From: Vitrella brassicaformis CCMP3155
Lineage: Eukaryota; Protista; Chromerida
Assembly: GCA_001179505.1 (NCBI GenBank)
Contig: CDMY01000430.1
Span: 13,884-77,883 of the forward strand
Reading direction: 5' to 3'
Length of the DNA stretch: 64,000 nt
Each line of letters opens with the position of its first letter. Within the stretch, counting starts at the first letter, position 1. Both the position numbers and the translations under genes were made by a program. Below, piece by piece: positions 23,421 to 34,749 of this stretch. A model generated the notes under the pieces. That model was not told the origin of the DNA and searched no databases. It saw nothing but the letters and a program-made list of their open reading frames with translations.

Positions 23421-24935
23421 TCACAGCCCCGGAGCGGGGCTGGTGTGTGGCCTGTATGGCCCGCGGCTGACGAAGTCCTTCGGAAACGCGCTGGCCCTCC
23501 GTGGCCCTCTGGCGGCCGCAGCCCGCTGTGCACGACTCGCCACTTGGAACGCGTTGTGCTTCATCAGCTCGACGGACAGAAGCTGGCTCCAATGGTTGAC
23601 GAAGCTGTCTCGGAAAGCTGTGTCTTCCTCCGTGGGAATGGATGTGGGGCGGGGCTTTCGCTTGGCGAGCATCTTGAAAAAGTCCATGGTCTTCTCTCCC
23701 CATCTGCCGAACGTCTCCGCAGCGAGAGGCACGAAGCGGAAGCCGGCTGCTTGGGCGGTTGGACCATACTTGTCGATCTTGTCTTTCTCCGCAAGCTGAG
23801 CCGCCTTGCCACCAGAAAGCTGTGCGCCACGCCGGTTGACCGTCCGGTGGGCGATGGTGGCATCGAGCAGGTAGTCATGGCCGTCGATCACACAATAGAT
23901 GTCCATGCGCTGGCTGTTGGGGTTGTCGTCGGGCGGGGTTATACCGAGGCACATTGGAAGGAACATCTGCCTCAGCCAGGATGTGAACAAACAAGTTGCG
24001 CATATTGTTGTGTCTTGTGACCCGCTCACGGCCGGTTTGACACACGTAGTAGTGATCGCCAAACTTGTCAACCTCCCCGCCGCAGATGCATCGCTGCGAG
24101 ACGGTTGTGTGCGGGAGGCTAACGCCGAGACACTCGGCGACGGCGTGGCGATGCTGGAAGTTGTTCAGCGCCTTGTGGTCACTGAAAGGGATTGCTGACA
24201 GCCAACCAGAGGAGAGAGGCCCTAGGCAGCTCAAGAGACGAGCGCGGGCTCTGCCGTCGGGCGGGAGGGAGCTGAAGAGCTCGTTGAAGCGGCTCTTGTG
24301 CAGTTGATTGGTCAGGCGCTGCTGCAGCCGGACCTGCGGCCTCGAGAACAGATCCTGGAGGGAGGGGAGGGAGGAGGAGGGTCCGACCGCCTCAGAGACG
24401 GCAGCGAGGGCAGGAGCTGCAGCTTGGAGCCAGGGCAGGTCCAAGAGAGCAGCGGGCCCATCCTGAGGCATCCATGGGGCTCCGCGGAACGCGCAAGAGA
24501 CATCAGATACCGTCACTCCGACCGAGCCGAGGAAAGCCGCCCGGGCAATCGTGGCTGCAGAGATAAGGCCGAACCCTTCCAGCCGGATGGGCAGCTGCAC
24601 TTGCGCGGAAACCGAGTCAGGGAAGTCACCAGCGAAGCGGAATATGCGTCTGAAAGCCGTGATAACAATGGCAGCGTCACGTCGCTCAACGGCTGGCAGG
24701 GAGACATCAGATTCCGCAGGAAGGAGGCGCAGCCAATAGTTCAGCCGGGGGATGCACAATAGCGGAGGAGAAGGCCAGAGCTCTGCAACCCATCCGATCA
24801 GAGGTCACGATTGCCTCGAGCAGCGGCTGATGGCTGGTGGTGATCTTCTCGAGGCTGCGCCGGATGGAAGAGTTGGCGCCGAGCGGGCAGCCGGGGACAG
24901 TGATGTCTTCAGTGTGCATCACAGTCCATCGCTGG
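23421..24935 (-). mobile_element. 5'-truncated CRE-like non-LTR retrotransposon with a C-terminal zinc knuckle and restriction-like endonuclease
   Basis: GCPLG..(RT thumb end), CIPRLNYWLR, QLPIRLEGFGL..A..AAFLGS, CCHC-type CICGGEVDKFGDHYYVC..ER..RHN, PD-(D/E)xK-like RMD....DG.DYLLDAT, AEKDKIDKY, FVPLAAETFGRWG. Frameshifts near 24770 and 23950. Confidence 0.88.
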
Positions 24936-27469
24936 GAGAGCCGCCGCTTCCATGACAAGCACGCTCCCCACCCCCAAATCACCACGCAACACACGCACGC
25001 ACCGGTGTCGTCATACCTGAACGTTGAGGATGCGGATGAGAGGGGGCACGTGCTTTCCTCGAGCGGGGCCTTGTATCGCATTAGTAGCTGCTGGCCTCTC
25101 AATGGTCATGTCTCGAAATACTGACTGGGCCATAGGATGGCTGCATACGGACACAAACAAACGAAACAGCCATGTGTGTACATGACATCAACAAAGACAA
25201 AGACGATTCATTCACTTACATCGGGACGGCACCGAGGAGGCAAGGCACCTCTGACCATGCTGGAAGCTATACACGTCGGGAAGCTGCCCTGCAGACGCCC
25301 TAAATGCGGTGACTAATGGCGGCAAAAAGTCCAACACCTTCATTGCATCCGCAATCGATCTCCGGCCGATGCTGTCTGCAATAACGGCTGGCCACATCAC
25401 AGCCCAGCTCGTGTATTTCACACCCCGATACGTTGGATGGCCATCCATAATGCACAGGTGACAAGCGCACTCCTCACACAGCTGGTACTCGTCCACTCGT
25501 CCTGCCCGATGTCTTGCATCCTCTCGAAGCGACCGAGGAAACCACAGCGCGATTGCTGCCACATGCGATGCCGGAGAGCTGTTGAAGGCGCCGACAATAG
25601 CAGCATCGGAATATGTGTAACCGACACCAGTATTCGCCACCTTTTACCCGAACAACAGGGCGCAATTGCAATTAGAAGCAGACTCGTCTCTGGCAGCGTC
25701 CGTGCGCATATCTTTCATCAACCAGATCGACCTTGAAGCGTGTGCAAGGACATTGCGGTTGAGTTAGCGGTGAGCAAGTTTTCAGCGGCTATGGTCTCGT
25801 TTGCGGGTCGAAGAGCGACGGCCGCTTGCGTACGAAGAGAACGTAAAGCAGTTGTGCCCTGAGCGATGCATTGTGTGACTGATGGTTCATGGCTGTGTAA
25901 CCTTTCAGTGACTGGTTCTTCTTTCTGACGGAACGAAAAGCGATGCGCGCTTCCGTGTGAACAAACGTAGCGAAATGTATCATGCATTGACACAATTGTG
26001 GTGATTTGGGTTGACGAACGGCAGCGTCAACTTTCGGTGGCTCATTCTCGTGTTTGACGGAGCGCAGAGCGATGACCGCTTGCGTGAGGACAGAGCACAC
26101 AAAGGAGCACTCACATACAGACTTGCGCGGCGAACGCACCAGAAACCCGAGAGAAAACAGCCAGAAACCGGTTTTCTGGGTTTTTGCTGCCGTTTTTCGC
26201 TGTTTTTCGCGCGAACGCGTGAACGGATTTCAAGCTCGAAGCAAACTTGTTCCTCGCAGTGACCCCCTCCACACATATCAGAAGACAGATCTTCAAAAAA
26301 CACCCTAGAAAAAAAGTTGCTTTGTCGCCGGTAAACTGGGACCTGATAACCACCCAGCTCAGCTTTCAGCTTAGAGCAAGATCCGTGAAACTGATCTGAG
26401 CTGTCGTGTGCATTGCTTGCAAACGCATGCTTGGCTGGTCCCTCGTGAAGAACGAACCGAGTGGTGGTTGCTAAGCGCCGCTTTCTTTGCGCTGTACGGC
26501 TTCGATAAGCCCGATATAGACTGAATCGAGGGCACTGCCGTCCTCTCGGGCATCTCTCTTCCTCGCTCACTGTCGATAGATACACTACACATGCAATCCC
26601 TTCGTAGCGCTCATGTCATTCCTTGCACCCCCACCATACCACAAACTTTAGTCGTGCCTTGGGCTGAAAACTGCCCGCCCAATACGTGTTCTTCGCACAT
26701 GTACGGCAGTATTTGGTGCAAAGGAAGGCAACATACCGCCGCGGCACATGTATTTGTCAACTAGCGTGTATGTGTAGTGGAGAGACGATGTAGTGGAGAG
26801 ACGACACAAAAGAGCAGGGAAAGCAACGGTATGATGGAATGCAGTGGAGAGACGCCAGATTATCATTTGTGCGAGGCATTGAGGAGACGGCCTCGTGCTG
26901 CCCTTTCTCGCCGTTGCTTTCGGCCTTCGGCCTCCGCCTGCAAAGCTGTTTGTTCTGTGTACTGAGACGGCATTGGGTGCTCAAAGGAACATGTTTTGTG
27001 CGCTTTGAGGGGCAGACGTGTGGCGGTGTCTTTCTGCGTGCGTTTTTCGCCGTTTCTTTTCCCCTTCTTGCGCCAAGCGTGCTCTATGGGTTTCCTTTGC
27101 TGGTGTGTGGCCTCCTGCGTGCCTTCTGCAGTGTCCTTTGGTTCCCTCTCTGTCTGTCTTGGTCTGTTCCCCGTTTCTGGTGCTGTTTTCACCGTTTCTT
27201 TCGCTCGTCCTGGACGCACCTGAGGTGTGGGGTCTGCTGTGTGCTGCTGGTGTGCTGAAAAGGGTGCGGGGATGCTTTTTTCCACGGGTTTTTTGGAAAA
27301 GCTCGCCAAGGCTCGCGGTAAAACGACCCGTCTAGGGGTCCGTGTAATGGTCATGATGACAAACTTGGCTCAGACGTCTCTCGTTTGTGTGGGTGACACA
27401 GCCGCACACACAGCGTCACGCGTGAACACAGCTCATCCTGGGCGCTTTCGGCCGGATTTCTGTGCTCAT

Positions 27470-27686
27470 TGTTGAGGAAATGATACGCCCGCAGCTCGCA
27501 GGAGCTTAGAGGAAGTCGTACCCTAGTTCAGACGAATTAAAAGTGCCGCGTACACCCGAGGGTTTGGAGCTAGGAACCCTATACGATCGCCTCACACACA
27601 CCTGGCGTCTTCGGACGTGTTTGTGCTGTTTGTCAAGCCTGGCTCTTAACTCTTGACCCGCTGAAGCTACTCACGTTTCTTCAACA
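27470..27686 (+). repeat. 5' LTR of the copia element (217 bp)
   Basis: TG...CA ends with a 6-bp terminal inverted repeat; direct repeat of 32406-32618. Confidence 0.93.
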
Positions 27687-27779
27687 GGTTATAGAGCCCA
27701 CTGAGCACCTCCCAAGGGGAGAAGGCTTGTCGAGCACCAGAACACAGATCTCTATGTGTGTGCTGTGGTTCGACTCAGC

Positions 27780-28805
27780 ATGAGCTCGAGCGGTGAGGTC
27801 ACGCCTCGTCAAGAGGGTGATCACGAGCCACACCAACACACTGAGGTGGACGTCATAGTCGGTGATGTCGAGATGGGTGGCGTCAAGGCTGCTGTGGCAG
27901 TCAAGGCTGCTGTGGCAGATCTCTGCCTCGAGGAGGTGGGAGGTGGTGCTTCCGGTGGTCACGATGGCCAAGAGGAAGGTCAACAGCCCTCGCCTCTCGA
28001 GCAGCTATACGCCTTTGCTCTCAAGTGGGAGAGTCTGACATCATGCGACGCATCTGGTGTGGAACGCTGTGTCTCATCTGGTGGCGGCATCTCTATGGTC
28101 GGTCGCGGCCGTGGCAAGGCTCTTACCGTGCCCGCTTGGGTGACCAAGATGCGACCCCAGCAGCAGACGCTGAATGAGACTGAGGCGGAAAGCATGTTGA
28201 TCGGGTGTGATGCGACACGTCGAGCACTTGTTGGTTTGCAGCAAACCATGCTCGAAGTGCGTCGACCTGCCCAGCACACACCGATCGTGGCTATACTCGA
28301 ACGACCGAAGGTCGAGGAAGTCCCCAAATGGGATGGCGAGGCCGCAAGCTATGCGGTATGGCGCTGCAGCTTCATGGTTATGATGACTCGCGTCAATCTC
28401 AGCCATCTCATCGACAAGGGCATGCGAGCTGCGTTGCGAATGGTCAGCAACGAGCAGTATGAGGCTGATGCCGGCTACCTCTATGAGCTGCTGCTGCGTG
28501 CTGTACATCCATCAGCCCTCGAGGCCTTGCGCATCATACGCGCCGCTGGGATCAGCGATGCCTATGACGTGCCGGCTATGTGGGCCTTGACGGGTGTTAA
28601 GAGCGGTCTCGAAGCACGTGACGGCGTTGCGGCTCTGGAAGCACTGGACGCGGTGTACATGCCTGGTGGGCGTGGCCGTAAGTGCTGGCTCTGCGGGCGT
28701 TCGGGCCATCTCCAACGAGACTGCCCACGCAGAGAGCCGGGCAAGGTAGCGAAGAGAAACCCCAAAATGGTACGCACGATGGTGCACAGGGGTGGGAGCA
28801 AGTGA
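27780..28805 (+). CDS. gag: Copia gag-like protein with a CCHC zinc knuckle
   Basis: Open ORF with WDGEAASYAVW (copia gag N-terminal motif) and CWLCGRSGHLQRDC; contains an 18-bp tandem repeat (VKAAVA x2). Confidence 0.8.
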   Translation: MSSSGEVTPRQEGDHEPHQHTEVDVIVGDVEMGGVKAAVAVKAAVADLCLEEVGGGASGGHDGQEEGQQPSPLEQLYAFALKWESLTSCDASGVERCVSSGGGISMVGRGRGKALTVPAWVTKMRPQQQTLNETEAESMLIGCDATRRALVGLQQTMLEVRRPAQHTPIVAILERPKVEEVPKWDGEAASYAVWRCSFMVMMTRVNLSHLIDKGMRAALRMVSNEQYEADAGYLYELLLRAVHPSALEALRIIRAAGISDAYDVPAMWALTGVKSGLEARDGVAALEALDAVYMPGGRGRKCWLCGRSGHLQRDCPRREPGKVAKRNPKMVRTMVHRGGSK

Positions 28806-31800
28806 GTGCTATTTGTCGACTGTGAGTCAGTCACGGACAGACGGACAGTCAGCGAAGTGCAGAGGAAGCAGCTTTGGTTGCCTGTGGTCATGCACAAGCT
28901 GAGAGCACACAGGGTAGTGTTGTCTCAGTGGGTATGGCACATTCGTCTGCTTTGGACACTCGGGGTGTATGTTGTGCGAGACAGGCACAGGATAGTGCAG
29001 TCAAGACACATACACAATGATCGATCGAGTACTTCTTGTCTCGCTTCTTCTCTGGTGCTGTGCGTTACAGACCGGCAAGAAAACGAAGAAGTCAAGCAAG
29101 AAGAATAGAGATGAGTCACGGGAGGAGTAGGTCGCCATGAGAAGTGCATGTGCTGAACTACAGTGCCTGTTTGACATGCGCTGGACTATGCATCTAGCTG
29201 GACTAGAGTGCATGGTTGCATGTGCTGAACTGTGCATGTTTGCCCGTTGTGTTGACCTGTATGTCTCGTCCATGCCAGCGGCGTGCAATAAGACTGTGCG
29301 TGGGACGGACGGATGCATGTGAATGAATGCATTGTTGCGTTCAGTTGACTGCATCTAAGGTCGGATCGATCGATCATGAGTGCCAAAGAATGTGAGTGTG
29401 TAAACTTGCGCAAGTCACACACGCCCATGTAACCCAGGTCAATCCCTTAGTGTAAGCTCACGGACAAGGGAGCAGTCGTTGGTGCATGCGACTGGTCAGA
29501 GAGAAAGCCAGCATCTCGGGTGAATCCTCAAGGCACGCCAGTGACCGCCGAAGGGAAGGTCTTACACACCGACCCTGAGGAATTAAACACAGGCATAAAC
29601 ATCCCTAACCCGGTTGGAATCGACAGAGCAGCCCGTCGATGGACGCATATAAGCTTCGCTCATCATTATAGGGTGTGTGATGCGTCCTCCAAAGCTCGCC
29701 ACGGGCCCGGATGCTTGGCCCTCGTGTCGCACACACGAGGAGGGCACGCAATGGCTTCGTTTGGAACCCTCACAGCTTGAGGATGGCTGACGGGGACCAG
29801 GCAAATAGCACCACAATCCCATCAACCGAGACGATGAAATCGTCACCTGCACACAAAAGGGAAGTCGGACTTTAACACTTCTGAAGTCCACCCCTGGTGG
29901 CTGTCGGTATCTTGTCACCTTCGTTGATGCGTATACGAAGAAGATGGGAGTGCATCCACTGCCAGATGGCCGTGAGTCAGTAGTAGCACTGAGACGCCTC
30001 TGCGATGAGGTGGAGACGCTTGAGATCCTCCGGTCGAGCGATGGACAGGGGCTGTCGGTTGAACAGACCTGCACAGAGGGAGGCCACAAGCAGAACCCAG
30101 TGCACACTACTCATCGGCACAGCATAGGATCGCCAAGCCAGTGAACAGCACGCTGCTTGACATGGCGAGTGCTCTGATGATCGAGCATCGCATCGCTGTG
30201 GCGTTCTGGTCCTTTGCGATTACCTTTGGCAGTGCATCTCTTCAAGCGCATATCCACAAACAATCTGTCACAAAGGACGACACCACACGAGACGTGTGCA
30301 ATGTGACATGATTGAGGGATTTACCTGCATCGGATGGGAGACGTGGATGGCTTGGCTGCGTAGTTGTCAGTGAGCCCCGAAGGGCCACGCGCACTCAACC
30401 CAGAGCCCATCCCCATGATGCTGCTAGCCATGGTCAATGCAGTGGCTCATGAATCCAGCATCCGCATGGATGGCGCTGTATTTGCAATGACAGATGCAGC
30501 AGCCGCCCCACAAGCTGTTCCGCTGCCTCTCAGACAGTCGGTCAGACGATAGACGAGGCAATGTCGAGTGACTCTATGCTGACGTCGATGCGATGGACGC
30601 ACTGGCGAGACGTTGTCTGCCGATGGACGTTGTCTGCACATAGAGAGAGCGGAGCTGCGGCTGATGCGCGGCCGCACGGCCGGCCAGCTGTCGGTGAGGG
30701 GGCTGACTTGACGGATGAGTAAGTGGAGCACATGACCGAGAGTGTTCCTCGAAGTGGGGAAGAGCGGCTCGTCGGGACGATCCGTTGTTGGCACACTCGC
30801 TGAGCACTTGGATCGAAGAGGGGAAGTGATTGCTCCTGTAGACGATCCAATTGCCATCGAGTATGCGGCAATAGATGGCGTCGAGCTCGGCTTCAAGCCG
30901 GTTTTCGTGCCGGATAAAAAGGCTCTTTCTGCCCCATAAGATGGCCGATCGGGCGATGAACAACATGTTGTCGAGCCTCCGTGCTGACACTTAAGATGTA
31001 CACGTGCTCGCAAGGTCGTTGTCATCAGCTGAGATGCCCGAGGCTGATGTGCTGTCATACGTGACGTGTGGCTGGCATAACGCCGAGACGGCTGAGTGGA
31101 TGGATAATGCGGGTTGTCTTGATCGCGGCAAAAGCAAGTCGCCCTCAATTGATGCGCATCATCCACCTTCAGGCTGCAGGCACCCAACGCACGAACAGCA
31201 CATAGCAGAATGGCTGACGGATAGCAAGGTTCTACTCGCGCCTGGTCGATGTGACGAAGCGAGAGAGGCTGTGGCGTTGCTGTGTGGGGGATATGGGGAG
31301 CGTGACGAAGAGAGAGAGTCGGACGGCAAGAGGGGCAAGAGGGCTGGCACGGAGATGTGCTGCTTTGCCTGCTTGGCCGCAGAAGAGACTCCCTGCCTCT
31401 GACACCACCCACACCTACACTCAGCAGACACAGCAGGAAGCCAATAGCAATTCGGTGGCCTGACTAGCGTCATGCCGGTGCCGATTTTGTGCATCCATCA
31501 AAAGCTATCCAGAAGCCAGAAATAGCCCCGATGCAGAAGAGTGGTCTGAAGTGACAGACGCACAACATCGGACAATGCACAACTTGGGTGTGTGCGAGGG
31601 TTCCTTACGTGAGCTGGATGCTGAACGAGCGACTCGTGTGAGAAATGAGTCCTCGAGAAGAAACCAAGGCGACTTGTCGCCAAGGGTTTTATTGAGCAGC
31701 TCCTGCAAACAGATGACGACAAGCACAGTCGTGCGCTGGTTCTCTCTGAGTGCTCACGGCATACCTCTTGTTCTCCTTCTCTGATCGTCAGGCTGTAGGG

Positions 31801-32405
31801 AAGCGAACCAACGGCTTCCAGCAGCTCTTGACTGCAGACAAGCAGAAGAAGACACCCATGTGTGACGTTGTCGATTCCTCGGCATATCAAAGTTGGCTGT
31901 GAGGCAGCTGACTTGAAGAGGGGCGGTGGTCTCGCGATGTCTGACGGGCTCAGAGAGGCAACGAATCTGAGGCCTACAGGCAACAGAAAGACAGGAAGCG
32001 TCCTCTGTCAGCAAGAGCCACAAGAAGCGGAAGCTGGACTAGGGAAGGAAGAGACCCACAAGTCTTCGTGTGTGCTCACCTGAGTTAGTTGGGTGAAGCA
32101 ACGCGCACTCTCCCTTCCGAAAGGTGCTGTGATTTGGTGGGTTGGCACAGCAGCCGTCCTTCTTTCGCGCACACGGCCTTGACTCTTGAGCACGAAGAGG
32201 CCGACGCTGTGCATGATCCCCGCTGCGCACCAGCAGAGATGTGCAACTCGGAATGTGTAGCAGTGCTGTCTGCAGACAGCAGAATCTCAACTGCAGACAG
32301 CAGGGCCCGGTGGGTCAACGCTTCTGGAAAGCTGGAGATCTGCAGTGAGTGTTCGTGCTCTCTCTTACGTGATAGTGAGAGGGGTGGGCTGCGTGCGAAG
32401 AGGGG

Positions 32406-32618
32406 TGTTGAGGAAATGATGCGCCCGCAGCTCGCAAGAGCTAAGAGGAAGGCGTACCCTAGCCCAGATGAATTAAAAGTGCTCGTACACGCGAGGGTTT
32501 GGAGCTAAGGGTCCCTAGACACCTCACACACACCTGGCGTCTTCGGACGTGTTTGTGCTGTTTGTCAAGCCTGGCTCTTAACTCTTGACCCGCTGAAGCT
32601 ACTCACGTTTCTTCAACA
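32406..32618 (+). repeat. 3' LTR of the copia element (213 bp)
   Basis: Direct repeat of 27470-27686; the last 97 nt are identical. Confidence 0.93.
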
Positions 32619-32686
32619 TGTTGAGAAACCAATCAGGCTATAGCCGAGGTTATCCATCTGCGGGCCGACACATCGTTTCCTCAACA
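32619..32686 (-). repeat. 68-bp miniature LTR-like element, inverted, directly abutting the 3' LTR
   Basis: The reverse complement starts tgttgaggaaacgatg..gcccgcag (LTR: tgttgaggaaatgatg.gcccgcag) and ends gtttctcaaca (LTR: gtttcttcaaca). Confidence 0.7.
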
Positions 32687-32782
32687 CGGTGTCTGTTTTG
32701 AATCACCTTGGCGACGCGTGTTGGCGGGTCTTGACTCTTCGTAATGCTCTCGAAGCGACGCTAAGAGAGGCCGACGCGCCAG

Positions 32783-32858
32783 CAGCGCCCGAAACGAGCG
32801 ACGCCAACTGCAACTTTCGGCAGCGCCCGAAACGAGCGACGCCAACTGCAACTTTCGG
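32783..32858 (+). repeat. 38-bp perfect tandem repeat, two copies
   Basis: cagcgcccgaaacgagcgacgccaactgcaactttcgg at 32783-32820 and 32821-32858. Confidence 0.95.
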
Positions 32859-33495
32859 CTCTGGAGCTCCTGTTTGTGCGCGCAATTTTGCGCGCGGGCA
32901 TCTCGCTAGTCCTTCCAAAAGCGGTGTGGCAATGATTTGAACAGCTTCCCGGGGACCTTGATCGCGAGCTCAAACCGTAAAACAGAAGAATAGACAAGAA
33001 CGGCGTTCAAAACACACACGCACCTCGAAACCACGAGGAGAAGAGGAAAAGAGAGCAGGAAGGTGGTCCCCAAGGCCGTGAGGTATGCATGCGAGGAGGA
33101 AACACACCTCGAGGGGAGGAAAGGCAGGGCCCTCCGCTATATCACGCATTCACGAATGCACTGGCAGCGAGGGCACCACTGCTCTCGCCAGCATGGCTAT
33201 GATCACGTTGCCATGTCTGTTGTCCTGTCTGTCTGTCCTCTGCAGGCCATTTGATAAGTTTCTGCGGGCCATGGAGGCCCTGAGGTGAGGATACTGACAA
33301 TGGGATGTCCACATGCATACAGGGAATGCCGCCTGTGTTGTACGTACGCTGTCAGGCGCATGTGGACTTGGCTGTCAGGGGAGCGGTACGGCACGGTATG
33401 ACAACGCACCACCACAAGCCAGCTATCTGTCCACGCATGCCATCCATCGCAAGTTGTGTGTATGGTCGTGCTGCGGGCTGTGTGTGTGTGTGCAG

Positions 33496-34478
33496 GGCGT
33501 CTCCATAATGGACGAGATCGTCTGGGCGCTGGTGCCGCCCCAGCCACCCGCGGCGTCCGTGGAAGCCGCCCTGGTGCTGCCGGACGGCAACGTCGTACCG
33601 CATCGCAGCCGCGCCACACTCAAGGAGGAGGGTGCCAAGCACCTCAGCCAGAGCATCAGCAAGGTGAGCGGCGGAATGAACGATACGACTGACACGTCCA
33701 TGTACGTGTTCGTGCATGTGTGTGTGGTCACTCAGTTGCATGATAAGTTATTGAGGGATGGGATGACGGATCTCGCCAAGTACGCCAAGTTTCACACCAA
33801 AGTGGTCAGCTGGCCCCCTCCTCCCAGACACACACACACACACGTCTGCACCGACACACACATAGCATACACATCCATCTCTCTCTGTGTGTTCCTGGCG
33901 TGGCACGTGGGTATGTGCAGATCCAGCGTGCGAGGGAGGAGGAGGCCATGGCGCAGCGCATTCGCAACATGGAAGCGGCCAAGCGGTACACATTCACAGC
34001 CCAAATGAGCCTTCCACTTTAGCCACCTGACTGACCTGCACAAACGGATCCGTGTGAATGTGTGTTGATGTATGCAGTGAGTTGAAGGAGAGTCTGACCC
34101 GGGAGGTGACGGCGCTGCAGAAGGGGCCCGAGAGGCAGGACGGCGACGGCACGGCGCTCTTTGCGAGCGGCAACCGCTACGAGGGCCAGTGGGGAGTACG
34201 GCCGCATCAACGGGGAGGGCAAGCTGACCTACCAGAATGGCGCCAAGTGCGAGGGCGAGTGGGTCGACGGCAAGCTGGTGGACGGCCGGGGGACCTACCG
34301 CTACGCCGAGGGTGGCGTGTACCACGGCGAGTGGCGCGACGACAAGCGCCACGGCGAGGGCGCGGTGACGCCCGTGAGCGCCAAGGACAACGTGGTGGAG
34401 TACGAGGGCGACGGGGTCAACGGCAAGATGCACGGCAAGGGCAACGAGGTGCCCGTCACCGCCACACCGAAGGCCGAG
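33496..34478 (+). CDS. Coiled-coil plus MORN-repeat coding exons (5' end uncertain; +1 frameshift in the G-run at 34191-34194)
   Basis: GNRYEGQW, GEGKLTYQNGAKCEGEW, GRGTYRYAEGGVYHGEWRDDKRHGEG, YEGDGVNGKMHGKG; GT-AG exons at 33496-33663, 33921-33985 and 34078-34478. Confidence 0.75.
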
Positions 34479-34749
34479 GTGCGTACGCCACCCCCCCACT
34501 CACCCCCAACACACACACACGTCTGCACCGGCACATCCATGACATTAATCCATCTCTCCGTGTGCCTATCGTGGCATGGCGTGTGGGTATGTGCAGAGTC
34601 AGCAAGGGAGGGAGGCAGAGGCCATGGTTACCTACATACAGCGCATCGAGGCGGCCAAAAGGTACGCATTCACAAGCTACATGAGCCTTCCACTTTAGCC
34701 ACCTGACCTGCACAAACGGGTCCGTGTGAATGTGTGTTGATGTATGCAG

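Larger units (their letters stand above)
27470..32618 (+). mobile_element. Ty1/copia LTR retrotransposon, full length (about 5.15 kb), with open gag and heavily decayed pol
   Basis: LTRs at 27470-27686 and 32406-32618 (TGTTGA...TCAACA); PBS GGTTATAGAGCCCA right after the 5' LTR; polypurine tract gaagagggg before the 3' LTR. Gag ORF has CWLCGRSGHLQRDC. Pol relics: KLTDKGAVV, GGCRYLVTFVDAYTKK, NSTLLDMASALM..FW, DEAMSS, GAVIW. No matching target-site duplication. Confidence 0.92.

Noticed and set aside
25212-25640. 142-aa minus-strand ORF
   Set aside because: No recognisable motif or exon context; it cannot be supported as a gene.
26100-27330. Long ORFs and short palindromes (e.g. cagaaaccggttttctg) in T/A-tract-rich sequence
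   Set aside because: Low-complexity, promoter- or terminus-like DNA with no protein motif and no paired terminal repeat found.
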